In this document: one piece after another, positions 21,629 through 32,746 of the stretch
Layout: each line of letters starts with the position of its first letter
Numbering within the stretch: position 1 is the first letter of the stretch
Assembly (NCBI GenBank): GCA_963843575.1
Contig: CAWJKZ010000010.1
Location: forward strand, 581,851-645,850
Reading direction: 5' to 3'
Source: an uncultured Acidobacteriota bacterium
GTDB taxonomy: Bacteria > Acidobacteriota > UBA6911
DNA length: 64,000 nucleotides
Program-made: the position numbers and the translations under genes
The notes under the pieces: generated by a model
Database searches by the model: none
What the model saw: the letters and a program-made list of their open reading frames with translations, nothing else
What the model was told of the DNA's origin: nothing

Positions 21629-23260
21629 CTAGTAGGATGTGACTTGTCCTTTTCGCCTCTTTGCGCCGCCCGTCGGCCCCACCGAGACAACGAACATGGA
21701 TCCTGATCGGCTCAGCACCCCGACCTGGAAACCATATGTGCCGTTTGTGTAGGTTTGGCCGGGACTGAATTGCGCATTGGACAGCGCATATCCCTGACCC
21801 GTGGTGCAGCTATAGTCACCGGGGGTCGAATCGATCGGCACGGCCCAACCCGACTGGCTATTGAAAAAGCACGTCCCTCCGATAGGTGCCCTGTTGCCCA
21901 GGAAATCGTGAATGATGACGCCTTCGTTCGGAATCCCGTTGTCATATTGCGAAATGGAACCCAATCCACTCACCCGGGCCTCCACCGTAAAGTAATGTGC
22001 CGATCCGCCGGTGCAGGGCAGCCCCGTGAGGCATATTTTCAGAATCTTCGGCGCCGAGCTCAACGGGAGAGAGTCGGCTTCAAGGGCGACAGTGACCGAC
22101 GAACTTGAATCGGTGGTCACTTCGTTCACGTTCGGTATCCAGCCCAGGTAATCCTTGTGGGGGGCGATGAAGCCGTCTCCAGGCTCCGTGCAGTACACAT
22201 CGCGAAAGCCGCTGCTGTTTGCCGAGTAGTAACTAGCACACTTGGCATACGCGGCCGAGGCCCTCGAGCTCATCATGTCCCAGGGGCTGTCGTAAGCGTA
22301 GTAGACCCAGCCGGAGTGCGGCAAACCGATGCTGTGCCCCATTTCGTGGACGTAGACACCGGTTTCCTGTCCCCACGGGGGTTCCCAGGTGGCTCCGTAC
22401 ACCCTGGCGTCAACGGGGCTGTAATACCCGCCCCCCCAGGCGCAGCAGTCCAGGTCATTGCTCAGGACAAAGTTGATGCTGTCGTAATTGGTGAAGTTGA
22501 TCCCCTCTGCCCTTCCAACGGCAGTCCCGTCATCACCAATGGCGCCCACATCGGCACAGGCGGTGGACCAGCCGCACGGGGCGTAGTGGCTCTTCGGGTG
22601 CGGCAGCGTCAGCCACCCGCCGGGGGCTCCGACTCCGCCGGCCCCGCCTACGTCGCCCAGCCAGGAGAATTGGTTCCACGACGTTTTCTTGAAGAAGGCA
22701 TTGATTGTCGCGGGAAACGCCTCGCCGGGGGGTGGGGTGTCGGGGTTGGTCAGGCCGGTATAGAAGGTTGGCGGATGGGGTACGTCGGCATCGTCCGAGA
22801 ATTTGAGCAGGAGGAAAATGACTTTCCTGATTCCGGAAACGCCGGCAGCCAGGGGCTCGCCCCGCTCAGCCGGGCTCGGGGCGATGGACTCGATGATCAT
22901 CGCCTGCGGACCTGAAGCCGGCGCGGCCGATCCCTGGTCCTGCACCATCCGCCCGGAGACAACCACGCGCTTGGAGAAGTAATAGGCGGCGAGGCCTTCC
23001 TGGCCCGCGAGCTGAAGGGGAACCCTCGTCCCGTCCGACAATGCCAGATTGTAGATCGCTTTGGCGCCGGAACCGAGTGTCGGGTGTGGGTCGCCCCAGA
23101 TCACATTCAAGGTCCCTTCCAGTGTGGTGACCGCCTGCTGAACAGGTGCAGGGGCCTGGGCCACGGCCGGCCATGCGATGAGAAGCAGAACAACAAGGGA
23201 TGTCGCGGTCGATCCGATACCGGTTCTCATTTCTGTTCCTGTTTCTGTTCCATTCCGCAC
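21629..23260 (-). CDS. Secreted zinc metalloprotease (M6/M11-like) with C-terminal KRRKGQVTSY motif
   Basis: Signal peptide; HEMGHSIGLPH; SPWDMMS Met-turn. Confidence 0.85.
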   Translation of the reverse strand: MRNGTETGTEMRTGIGSTATSLVVLLLIAWPAVAQAPAPVQQAVTTLEGTLNVIWGDPHPTLGSGAKAIYNLALSDGTRVPLQLAGQEGLAAYYFSKRVVVSGRMVQDQGSAAPASGPQAMIIESIAPSPAERGEPLAAGVSGIRKVIFLLLKFSDDADVPHPPTFYTGLTNPDTPPPGEAFPATINAFFKKTSWNQFSWLGDVGGAGGVGAPGGWLTLPHPKSHYAPCGWSTACADVGAIGDDGTAVGRAEGINFTNYDSINFVLSNDLDCCAWGGGYYSPVDARVYGATWEPPWGQETGVYVHEMGHSIGLPHSGWVYYAYDSPWDMMSSRASAAYAKCASYYSANSSGFRDVYCTEPGDGFIAPHKDYLGWIPNVNEVTTDSSSSVTVALEADSLPLSSAPKILKICLTGLPCTGGSAHYFTVEARVSGLGSISQYDNGIPNEGVIIHDFLGNRAPIGGTCFFNSQSGWAVPIDSTPGDYSCTTGQGYALSNAQFSPGQTYTNGTYGFQVGVLSRSGSMFVVSVGPTGGAKRRKGQVTSY

Positions 23261-23303
23261 GAGAGTGTCTGATCAGTGCACCGCATCCTTCATGGGCGCG
23301 GGC

Positions 23304-24951
23304 TCAGTTCACCGTTGCCTTTATTGCGACGGTGACCCGCTTGGCGACGCCTCCCGCGGTGACCATCACGAAGTTCAGCCTGTCATCGAGGTTGAGCACC
23401 CCTTGAGCGGCAACGACGCTGCTGCTGGTGGCGCCTGAAGGTGAACAGGTCAGATTACCGACCAGGATGTCGGCAACGGCGCCACTATCGCGCTGAAGGT
23501 TTATGACAGGCGATCCCGCGTCGGAGAAGCAGGTCACCGAATTGATGGTCATGGCGCCTGTGAGGTTGACGAAAATCGTGCGCTGATCGTCGGAATCGGT
23601 CAGGACGCTGCAGCTGTCGCAACCGGCCAGATAGGTGACAGACCGGATGCGCGCCGCAAGGCTCGAAGTCAGGCTGCTGCCGTCCGGGAAAACGATCCCG
23701 TTGCCCGTGCCCGTGACCTTGACATTACCGGCGACCTCGAGCCGTTGCGTCGGATTCATGGTCCCGATACCGACTCTCCCGCTGGTATCGACCGTCATCC
23801 TGGTGTTCTTGTTTGTGTAGATGCGGAACGGATGATTGCTGGTGGTCCCGAAATAACCTCCGTCCATTGCTATGGACTGCATCTCCTGCGTCACGCTTCC
23901 GGCGACCAAGGCCAGACGGGACCGGCTGAGATCGGCGGTGTCCGCCGCATTCGTCAGCTGCAGGTAGGTCGATGCGTTCTGGTCTTTTCTGATCTCGAGG
24001 AGCCGCGACGGGGTGGTCGTGCCGATGCCGACGTTGCCGGAGGACTCGAACAAGACCGAATCTCCGAGATCCGACGCGCTGACGAATTTTGCGATCCGCC
24101 CGGTTGTGCCCAGTGATGCAAGCACGGGGGTGACCGCGCCGACGGTCGAAAGAACCCGCGTGACCTTGCCGGCCGTGTTCCCGGAGCCCGTTTTCCCGCG
24201 CAATTCTATTCCGGCCGGTGCCTCGTTGGAGGAGCTGTCTGAAACCAGAACCGGGTACCCGCTATCCATCTTCAGGATCGTCCCGTCGGAAAACTGAATA
24301 CCTTCCGACGCGCGGATCAGGCCTGCGACATCCAGTTTCGCGCGCGGTTCCTTTACTCCGACCCCAAGGTTCCCTTCCGGTGTGAGCCGCAGGTGGGGGG
24401 CCGAATCGGCGGACATGCTGCCCGCCTGAAAGTTCAGGCCGCCGGCCGCACTCTCGATCCAACCTTCCGTGCCGTCGTGCGAAACGATAGTGAACGGGGA
24501 CGACTCCCCGGTCTTCAGGATCACGATGCTGTCGTGCTCGTCCGAGGGTTCGTCCGGCGTGTCCCTGTCGTAGAACGCGGCGGCTCCGTCCTTCACGCGG
24601 AGCACAGCCAGGCTGCGGCTCTGGCGACCGTGAAGATCGGCGACGGTGACGAGGCAGCCATAGAGTCCATCGGGGAGTACCGCTCCACCCTGGTCCCTTG
24701 TGGTCCATTCAAGGCGGTTGCCGGGCTGGCGGCGGGAGTCGTAGACGACCTCGCCAACAGTGGAGAGGACCTGCAGCTGGATGTGTCGAGTGAGAGCGAG
24801 CGCGGCGAAGCGGATCCGGTCATTCGATGCGGCAGCCGTCACCAGGAGAGTGGCATCGTCCGGGTCACTGATGCGAGCGCGGGCGGGGCTCTGCGCATGA
24901 AGGGACGGGAACGGCTAGGACGATCGATAGCAATACAGAAGGTCGAAACAT
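23304..24951 (-). CDS. Secreted protein with repeated GNVGIGT beta motifs (fibre/adhesin-like); frameshift in the signal peptide
   Basis: MFRPSVLLSIVLAVP leader; GNLGVGVKEP, GNVGIGTTTP, GRVGIGTMNP. Confidence 0.7.
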
Positions 24952-25298
24952 GGCATGGCTCCATTCGGGACCACCTTTCCACTATTCGACCCACACCGCG
25001 AGCTGGGGATCTGTGCGGCCGGCTACCCGCTCTGCTTTACATGGGGCATCCGTGGCAGCTGTAGCATATTTCAATTCTGGAAGAAAAGAAACAACACCCA
25101 CACCGGTCTGCAAGTTCTCTCGCACTCGATTCGAAAAGGGTACTGTGGCTGGGTATTATTCAGGACGCGGATGCGCGCGGATCCCCACGGATCGACCTGG
25201 CGACAGGCCGCGTGAATCCGTTGGATCCGCGGAATCTGCGTTCTGTTTTGGCATTTTTCTTTAATCGCCGGTGTTCGATAGGTATCGGGTATGGCTGC

Positions 25299-26541
25299 TC
25301 AGTTGGCTTTCGAACGAAGCGGCGCGCTCTGCCAATCGTCGGCCGCAAGGCCGTTCAGGTCCCAGACCACGCGGCCGGCGCGGATGGTCAGTTCCCCCAC
25401 CAACTTCTGCGCGCCGTTCATGCGCCTGCCGGCGGCATCGAGGAAACCGAAGTCGCCCTTGACCAGCCGCAGCACGGCGATGTCCGCCGGGGCTCCCACC
25501 GACAGATGGCCAAGTTCTTCGTGGTGGATCTCGCGGGCGGGATTCCACGTGGAACGTGCGACCACATCCTCGAGCGACATCCCGAGGGCCAGGAACTTCG
25601 ACATCACGTTGAGCATGTCCTTCATGCCGGCGTTCATGCTGCTCACGTGCAGGTCGGTGGAAATCGAATCGGGGACGAAGCCCTGCCGCACCGCCGGGAC
25701 GGCCTGCCGCCACAGGAAGCTGCCGCCGCCGTGGCCCACGTCGAAGATCACGCCGCGCTTGCGGGCTTCGAACAGGTACGGCAGGACCTTGCCCTCCGCG
25801 TCCAGCATGGGGACGGCCCCCAGGTACAGATGCGTGTAGATATCCCCCGGACGGAGGTGTTCCAGCACGAGTTGCTGGAACGGCCGTTCCTTGCGGAACT
25901 CGGCGAAATCCACCATCACGGGCAGTTTGGCCAGGCGGCCGGCCTCCACGGCGCGGTCGACGGCGATCCACTCGGGTCCGGCGTAGTGCGCGATCTTGAT
26001 CCCCACGATGAGGCCGGGGTAGCGCGCGGCTTCCGCCGCGGTCCGCTCGGGCTCCATGTCGCTGGTGTCCTGCTCGGTGGTCTCGCGGCCCCCCATGCCC
26101 TTCCCCACGATGTTCAGGAATGCCAGCACGCGCGTTCGGGAAGTATCGATGATCTGCTGTTTTGAACTCGGCGAAATTGCGCCACCCCGCGCTGCCGGCG
26201 TCCACCACCGTGGTCACGGCGCTGCGGAACGTGAATCCGTCCGGGCGCACGCCGAGGGCGCCGGTGTATTCGGGGCCCATGGTGCCCGCGAAGACGTGCC
26301 CGTGCATGTCGACGAGCCCCGGCGTCACGTACAGCCCGGCGGCGTTCACCACGCGCCGCGCCTGACCGACGGGGATGTTCTCCGCCACCGCCGCGATCTT
26401 TCCACCCGCGACGGCGACGTCCATCACGCCGTTGATGCGGTTCTTGGAGTCCAGGACGTGCCCTCCCTTCAGCAACAGGTCGTAGGGAGCCTGCGCGAAC
26501 GCCGGCACTGCCAGAAATACAAGGACTGCGAGCTGCTTCAT
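25299..26541 (-). CDS. Dihydroorotase-like amidohydrolase/deacetylase (frameshift near 26155)
   Basis: PGLVDMHGH, VDAGSAG, GDIYTH, DVGHGGGSF, ISTDLH. Confidence 0.88.
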
Positions 26542-26565
26542 GGCTGCTGTCTCCGGACGGCTGTG

Positions 26566-27744
26566 CTATTTCACCGCGATCAGCGAGATCTGCTCGAGTT
26601 CGGGCCACTGCTCCTTTTCGTTGGGTTTGCGCTCCCCGGGAGGCACTTGCTGGACGGTGGCCCGGACCGGCATGGGCTCCTTCACGTACATCGCGTAGAT
26701 GCGGTTCATCTTGGGGAAGTCCTGCATGTCGTCCAGGTACACGTTGGTGGAGATGACGTTGGCCATGCTCAGGCCCGCCTCTTCCAGGCCGTCGATGAGG
26801 TTGCGCATGGTCATCCGCACCTGGTTTTCCACGGTCTCGGCATAGACGCCGAGGTTCGGGCCCGGAATGAAAGCCGATTTCGCCGAGCAGTAGAGCGTGT
26901 CGCCCGCGAACACGCAGGGGCTTGCAGTGGGGCTGGGCCGCATGTTCTTCGGCCGCACGGATCGGCGCGACGCAAGGTCCATCGTGGCCACGCCGGTGAA
27001 AGCGATGGAGCAGCCGTTCGGCAGATGCGACACGCTGATGGTGGCACGCGCGGGGGTGTCGCCGAACTTGAAGTACTTCGCGTAGACCGTGTTCCACCTG
27101 CCCTGGCGGGCGCCGGCGAGATACGGATTCACGAACACGACGTTCTCGTAACCGATGCCCGCGGCCTTGAGAACCACGCCCAGACGGTCCAGCGCCAGCT
27201 TGGCGCGCTCGTCCGGGTCCTCTGCCTCCTTGCCCGATGTCTCAAGCCCGTAGCAGTTGGAGAAATACAGCTTGTCTCCCGCGATCATGGCGTCGGGCGT
27301 GCCGTCAGCAGCGGTACCCGGCAGGCGAACGGCCCGTTTCATCGCCAGGTCGGTGACTGCCACGGCGTTGATCTCCAGCGGGTAATCGAGCGGCAACCGG
27401 GCGACTCCCAGCATGGAGAGCGCCGGGCCCCCGTCCTTGAAGTACTCGCCCCAGACCTTGCGGACCTCGGCGTAGCCGGCCGGGTCCGTCACGTACACGT
27501 GCGAGTAGACCACGTGATCCATCGTCAGCCCGGCGGCGGTAACCACCGATTTGACGGCCTCCAGCCACTGCCTGGCGTCCTTGCCGCCCTGCCCGGAGAC
27601 GTACAGCAGTTTGCCAACCACCAGTCCGGGGGAAAAAGGCAACCCGGCCGGCGCACCCGGCGGGCTGACGACCTTCACCTCGGCCGCCTGAAGCAGACTG
27701 GACACAGCCCACGCCAACAACATCACCATGATTCTGTGCGTCAT
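26566..27744 (-). CDS. Secreted triple-domain RidA/YjgF family protein
   Basis: Signal peptide followed by three RidA-like repeats (LYVSGQ..EINAVA; PARATI; PVRATV..EQISLIA). Confidence 0.85.
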   Translation of the reverse strand: MTHRIMVMLLAWAVSSLLQAAEVKVVSPPGAPAGLPFSPGLVVGKLLYVSGQGGKDARQWLEAVKSVVTAAGLTMDHVVYSHVYVTDPAGYAEVRKVWGEYFKDGGPALSMLGVARLPLDYPLEINAVAVTDLAMKRAVRLPGTAADGTPDAMIAGDKLYFSNCYGLETSGKEAEDPDERAKLALDRLGVVLKAAGIGYENVVFVNPYLAGARQGRWNTVYAKYFKFGDTPARATISVSHLPNGCSIAFTGVATMDLASRRSVRPKNMRPSPTASPCVFAGDTLYCSAKSAFIPGPNLGVYAETVENQVRMTMRNLIDGLEEAGLSMANVISTNVYLDDMQDFPKMNRIYAMYVKEPMPVRATVQQVPPGERKPNEKEQWPELEQISLIAVK

Positions 27745-27852
27745 TTTTCCCTCGCCGGTTTCAATATGTTGCTTCAGCATAGCAGGCTTCGGCCCTTGTT
27801 GTGCTTTCTTTGAAGGGCCAGATATGGTTGCCACGCGGCGTGTACTACGATC

Positions 27853-28318
27853 ATGAAACCTATCCAATGGATTCTGATGGGAGCGTGCCTGCTGCTGCAG
27901 CTGGAGGCCCAAACGCCCACGAAGCGTCAATTCGAGTTAAAGGCGGAGTCGGAGGATTTCTGGGAGCTGATCGATCGGGGAGCCACGCATTGAAAAGGTC
28001 GCGGGTGGTTTCGGCTTCCTGGAAGGCCCTGCCTGGCACCCCCGAGGGTTCCTGTACGTGACCGACGAGACCAACAACCGGGTCTCGCGCGTCTTCCCGG
28101 ACGGGCGCATCGAAAAGGTGCTGGACATCGGCGACCCCGACGGCAGCACCATGGACCGGGACTACCGGCTGATTACGACCGACGATACCGACCGAGTGGT
28201 GATCGCAGTTCAGCCTGACGGCACGTATCGCGTATTGGCGGACAAATACGAGGGGAAGCGCCTCAACAGCCCCAACGACATCGTGCTGGGACCTGACGTG
28301 CGCGATACCTCTGAATAA
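27853..28318 (+). pseudogene. Truncated SMP-30/gluconolactonase gene
   Basis: GFGFLEGPAW, PDGSTMD, YEGKRLNSPNDIV, then premature end. Confidence 0.75.
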
Positions 28319-28356
28319 GCGCCCCTTTGAGGAAGCGGCCACATCAATGGAGAAGA

Positions 28357-28384
28357 TGGGGCGCGGCACCGGAGCCGCGCCCCA
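28357..28384 (-). terminator. Hairpin downstream of the TonB receptor
   Basis: TGGGGCGCGGC-ACCGGA-GCCGCGCCCCA. Confidence 0.5.
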
Positions 28385-28394
28385 CGATAAACAG

Positions 28395-31300
28395 TTAGAA
28401 GCCGAAGCGCAGGCCGAAGCGGAACGTCCGCTGGTCGTCCCTTGCGGTCGTGATATTCATGAAGTTGTTGACGGCCTTGATCGAGCCGTCGGCGTTGAAA
28501 GACATGTTCGAGGCAGTGGTGTCCGAAGGGTTGTTGAAATGCGGCGTGTTCGAGATGTTGTACCCTTCGGCCCGGAACTGCAGATCCTTGGTTTCGGAGA
28601 TCTTGAACGAGCGGAAGATCCCGAAATCCAGGCTGACCATGCCAGGGCCCGTCAGCGTGCTGGATCCCCAGTTGCCATATACCAGGGGCGTGGTTACCGG
28701 CTTGAAGGCGGTCGGATCGTAGAACGGGACGCCAGCACCGATGCCGCCGAGCTTTTCGACATTAGGCTTCACCAGATCGGGTGTCTGGCTTGCACCTGCG
28801 GCATTCAGCAGCGAAGCGCTGGAGCCGACGCCAAAGGCCTGGCCGGTAACGGCGGTGAAGATCCCGTTGACCTGCCAGCCGCCGGCGATCGCTCCAAGCA
28901 CACCACCCTTGGCCCACTTCTGGCCGGGGCCCCACGGCAAATCGTAGATGAAGGCAGTCCGGAAGTTGTGCCTTCGGTCGTACGTGCTGTTGTCGTCGCG
29001 GCACGGCCCACGGTTGAGGCCGTAGAGCTCGGGAAGCCAGAACGGCGACGTATTGGAACCCACGCAGTGCGACCAGGTGTAAGCCACTTTCGCCATCAGA
29101 CCCTGGCTGAACCTGCGATCGAGGGATGTCTGGAGGGAGTTGTAGAAGGAATCCTGCCAAGGCTGCAGGATCGTGGTAGACGCCGTGCGTCCCCACTTGA
29201 TGTACAGCGGGCGTCCCGCATTTCCGGTTCCCGGCGGAGAGTTGTTGATGGCGACACCGCCTCGCGCGACGATATTGACGCTCCGCGTGGCAACATAGCC
29301 GACGTTCCAGATCAGATTCCAGGGCAGCGGGCGCTCGTAGGTCAGGTTCCACGACTGGATGTAGCCGCGATGGAATGCACCCTTGGGCAGAGTAGTTGCG
29401 CTGTACGTTCCCAGGATATCGATCACACCCTGTGTGATGTCGGGCACGGGCATGGGCGGAATGCCGTCGCTGATCGGTCCCAAGTACATAAAGCTCCTGG
29501 CGCGTTCGACCGTCAGCTGCGGCACGGCAGGATACGGGGAGCGCATTGGGCGGCCCAGGTTGTATGGATCGAAGGTAATCCCGTAACCTGCGCGGATGAC
29601 GCCCTGCTTGCCGAGGCGGTATGCGATGCCGAAACGAGGCGCGAAGAGCTTCTTGCTGGCCGTCGTGCCGGCGTTCCAGTCGACGCCGCCGTAGCCTCCG
29701 ATATAGACCTTGTTGGTATCCGGATCATAGCGCTCGATGCCGTGGAATCCACGGTCCATGATCGGGTAGTACTCCCAGCGGAGGCCCAGGTTGAGGGTAA
29801 GGTTGTTGGTGACCTGCCACCGGTCGCGGAAGTACATCGCGATCTGCCACTCGCGCGTAGACATGGGATCGTAGTACTGCAGCGACTTGTTAACCGAGCT
29901 CGTCTGGCCGAGAATGAATGCAGCCATGTTGTTGAAACGGTTCGGAGAAGGGCCGCCGTTGAGGGCGGTCGTGTCGCCCGAGAAGTTGAAGGTGCCCCTG
30001 GGTCCGTTGTTCGATTCCGGCTGCCAGTGGTTCATGCCGAACCTGTTGACGTCGGGTCCGAACCGGATGTCGTGCTTTCCCTTGTTCCAGCTGACGTTGC
30101 CGGTAAAGGTGTAGGTGTAATCCCAACGGTCGACGGGGATCCAGGTGCTGGTGAGGCCGAGAGTAGTGTAGCTGCTGCCGATGATGAATTGCGGCATGCC
30201 GCTCTGGCGTATATCCGGACCGTTGGTGCCGGGCAGTTTAAGAACGTCCAGGCCGAAATTCACACCATAGTCGGGCTGGCGGACGTGGTTCACATACCGC
30301 ATCGCTCCGACATTCCCATCGACGAGGAGCTTCGGTGTGATCGCGTAATAGCCGCCCAGCGTCCCGATGAGGGTGTGCACGGTGCCCGTTCCGACACCGT
30401 TCGAAGAAGGCAACCCGGGGCCGCCTGCCTCCTTCAGGAGATACTGTCCGTCGGTATACGACCTCATGATACTTACCTTCATCCAGATCGTATTTTTGGC
30501 CGTTCGCACCCAATCGCCCTTAAAGTCGTACAGGTCCCGATTGAACACCCAGGGGGCGGAGCCGTAGTAGTTGTCGATCCACTGCGCTGCGGGAACGTTG
30601 GGCAGAGGAACCAGCGAAAGCATCTTCGTCGCGGTGGGGTCGAGCCGGTTGGCCGGAATGATGCCGCCGGCAAAGGCAGTGCGCCCTTTGCCCGTGCTGT
30701 CCCCCGTGAGCGGATCGTAGATGGTCGTGCCTGTTGCGCTGAAGTCGCCCCTTCTCATCGCCTCGGTCGCCACGGTGGCATAAGCGGCTGCGTTATCGCG
30801 CTGCCGCAGACCTTCGTAGTTGGCGAAGAAGAAGAGTTTGTCCTTGACAACCGGGCCGCCCAAGTTCCCGCCGAACATGTTGACGAGGCTCTTCGGCACA
30901 CCGCTGCCTTTTGGTGTGAAGAAGTTCTTGGCCGCGAGGGCGCTGTTTCTGTGGTACTCGAACGCGACGCCGTGGAACTCGTTGGTTCCAGATTTGGTCT
31001 GCACGGTAATGGAAGCGCCTCCCGCCAGACCCTGCTCGGCGTCAAAGCTGTTCGTTGACACATTGACGGTCTGAATGGACTCCTGCGGCGCGACATACGC
31101 GGCATGATGTGGCAGCCAGGGCATGATGCTGAGGGCCCCGTCCTGCCGTGTGTTGTTGTTGCTGCGCACGACACCGTTGATGTTGGTGGTCAGAGCCTTG
31201 TCGGGGGTATCGACGGTGGCATTCTGAAAACCTGAAGGGGTCGAGCCGGGAACCAGGTCCAGGAGGGCCTGATAGTTCCTGTACATGTTGGTCGGGAGAT

Positions 31301-31760
31301 TCGTGATCTCAACCGTGTTCAGTTCCTTGGAGACGTCCGATTTGTCCGTCTGCAGGCGCGCGGCTTCTCCCGACACGGTCACCGTCTCGTTCTGCGCACC
31401 AATTTCAAGGGTGACGTCGATTCGGGTGATGTTGTTGACCGTGACGAGGACGGACGACTGCACGAATTCCTTGAAGCCTGGAACACTGACCTTGAGCGTA
31501 TACGTCCCGGGCTGCAGTTCGCGGAACATGTACTGGCCCGCGGCATTCGCCAGGGTTTCCTTGGTCTGGTTTGTGTTCACGTTTGTCGCGGTGACGGCTG
31601 CGCCTGGAATTACGGCCCTGCTGGCGTCGGTGACATTTCCGACCAACTGTCCATACAGGACCTGTGCTCCGCTGTTTGCCGGGCACAAGGCGAGAACGAT
31701 CAGGGCCAGGCAACAAATACGCAGAGGGATTGCTGAAGCGGTTCTAGCAACGGCTGCCAT
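28395..31760 (-). CDS. TonB-dependent receptor, Oar-like, with carboxypeptidase regulatory-like N-terminal domain
   Basis: GNVTDASRAVIPGA, KSGTNEFHG, LTLNLGLRWEY, C-terminal FGLRFGF. Confidence 0.95.
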   Translation of the reverse strand: MAAVARTASAIPLRICCLALIVLALCPANSGAQVLYGQLVGNVTDASRAVIPGAAVTATNVNTNQTKETLANAAGQYMFRELQPGTYTLKVSVPGFKEFVQSSVLVTVNNITRIDVTLEIGAQNETVTVSGEAARLQTDKSDVSKELNTVEITNLPTNMYRNYQALLDLVPGSTPSGFQNATVDTPDKALTTNINGVVRSNNNTRQDGALSIMPWLPHHAAYVAPQESIQTVNVSTNSFDAEQGLAGGASITVQTKSGTNEFHGVAFEYHRNSALAAKNFFTPKGSGVPKSLVNMFGGNLGGPVVKDKLFFFANYEGLRQRDNAAAYATVATEAMRRGDFSATGTTIYDPLTGDSTGKGRTAFAGGIIPANRLDPTATKMLSLVPLPNVPAAQWIDNYYGSAPWVFNRDLYDFKGDWVRTAKNTIWMKVSIMRSYTDGQYLLKEAGGPGLPSSNGVGTGTVHTLIGTLGGYYAITPKLLVDGNVGAMRYVNHVRQPDYGVNFGLDVLKLPGTNGPDIRQSGMPQFIIGSSYTTLGLTSTWIPVDRWDYTYTFTGNVSWNKGKHDIRFGPDVNRFGMNHWQPESNNGPRGTFNFSGDTTALNGGPSPNRFNNMAAFILGQTSSVNKSLQYYDPMSTREWQIAMYFRDRWQVTNNLTLNLGLRWEYYPIMDRGFHGIERYDPDTNKVYIGGYGGVDWNAGTTASKKLFAPRFGIAYRLGKQGVIRAGYGITFDPYNLGRPMRSPYPAVPQLTVERARSFMYLGPISDGIPPMPVPDITQGVIDILGTYSATTLPKGAFHRGYIQSWNLTYERPLPWNLIWNVGYVATRSVNIVARGGVAINNSPPGTGNAGRPLYIKWGRTASTTILQPWQDSFYNSLQTSLDRRFSQGLMAKVAYTWSHCVGSNTSPFWLPELYGLNRGPCRDDNSTYDRRHNFRTAFIYDLPWGPGQKWAKGGVLGAIAGGWQVNGIFTAVTGQAFGVGSSASLLNAAGASQTPDLVKPNVEKLGGIGAGVPFYDPTAFKPVTTPLVYGNWGSSTLTGPGMVSLDFGIFRSFKISETKDLQFRAEGYNISNTPHFNNPSDTTASNMSFNADGSIKAVNNFMNITTARDDQRTFRFGLRFGF

Positions 31761-32115
31761 GTAGTGCCTCCTGAGTGGTGGTGACTGGAGTCCTTCGATT
31801 CAGGATTCAGCCTGAGGCCAGTGGCACCGGAGCCAGGAACCGGCGCTACGATATCGGGGCCGAAGGGACTTACCTGAGAGAAAGTCTCCTGCCCTACTTT
31901 CAGTTATGTTGTGTGCCCCTTATACATCCAACAGGGCAAAAAACCAACATTAAAAATTCATAACTGTTTAGCCCTCCTGGCCGTATGTGAAACAGGGCTG
32001 CCACACATTGGCCAAGAGCCGTTGATTCAGCGACTTGCAGACCGGCTGGGATTCTTTGCCCTACGGGGAATATCGGTGATTTGGGGAACGCCGGCAACCA
32101 GTTGAAAGGAAAGCG

Positions 32116-32213
32116 TGGCGGAGGTGCATGGGAATCGAACCCACCGAACCTGCCTTCCGGCAAATCCCACTGGATTTGAAGTCCAGGCCAGCCACCAGGC
32201 CAGATTCACCTCC
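32116..32213 (-). tRNA. selC: tRNA-Sec (UCA)
   Basis: 98 nt; CTGGA-CTTCAAA-TCCAG anticodon arm, long variable arm, GGTTCGATTCC, 3' GCCA. Confidence 0.93.
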
Positions 32214-32258
32214 GCGCGGCGGGTCGACGATGGCGCGGACCATCGTGCGGGAAGCAGC

Positions 32259-32293
32259 AAGGGGTCCGGGATCGCACTCCGGGCCCCTTTTTT
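32259..32293. terminator. Rho-independent terminator-like hairpin
   Basis: AAGGGGTCCGG...CCGGGCCCCTTTTTT. Confidence 0.6.
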
Positions 32294-32311
32294 GTGCGTC
32301 CTGGAGGGCGA

Positions 32312-32614
32312 TTACAGAGCCTTGTCGGGGTGTAGCGCCTTCGCCTTCTCAGTCAGAGCTTCACGGGTTTCGACGTGGTTGGGATCCTTCACGCAGGCGT
32401 CGACCGGGCAAACCGACACGCACTGCTCCGTGTCGTGGAAGCCGATGCACTCCGTGCACTTCTCCGGCACGACGTAGTAGTAGTCCTGGGACAGCGCCGG
32501 GTGCATCTGGCCGTTGAATTCGTACTCCTCGCCGCCGACGTAGATCGCGGTGTTCGGGCACTCCGGCTCGCACGCCCCGCAGTTGATGCAGTCCTCGTTG
32601 ATCATCAAAGCCAT
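32312..32614 (-). CDS. YfhL-type 2x[4Fe-4S] ferredoxin
   Basis: CINCGACEPECP and CTECIGFHDTEQCVSVCP. Confidence 0.92.
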   Translation of the reverse strand: MALMINEDCINCGACEPECPNTAIYVGGEEYEFNGQMHPALSQDYYYVVPEKCTECIGFHDTEQCVSVCPVDACVKDPNHVETREALTEKAKALHPDKAL

Positions 32615-32746
32615 ACAAAAGTCCTCCAACGGAAAGTAATCGTAATCGCCTATCAGGCTCGGATTAGGCCGTCTGACAATCGGAAAATGAGTATCTATTT
32701 TAACATGCGTCCGGCCGCCGTCCAGAGAATTTGAACTTCACAAAAG

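Noticed and set aside
7915-26541. Many frameshifted genes (AKR, arsEFG-like, ProC-like, DGC, acr3, amidohydrolase) as pseudogenes or programmed frameshifts
   Set aside because: Single-base indels, often in homopolymers, in otherwise intact genes fit long-read assembly error better; needs read-level checking
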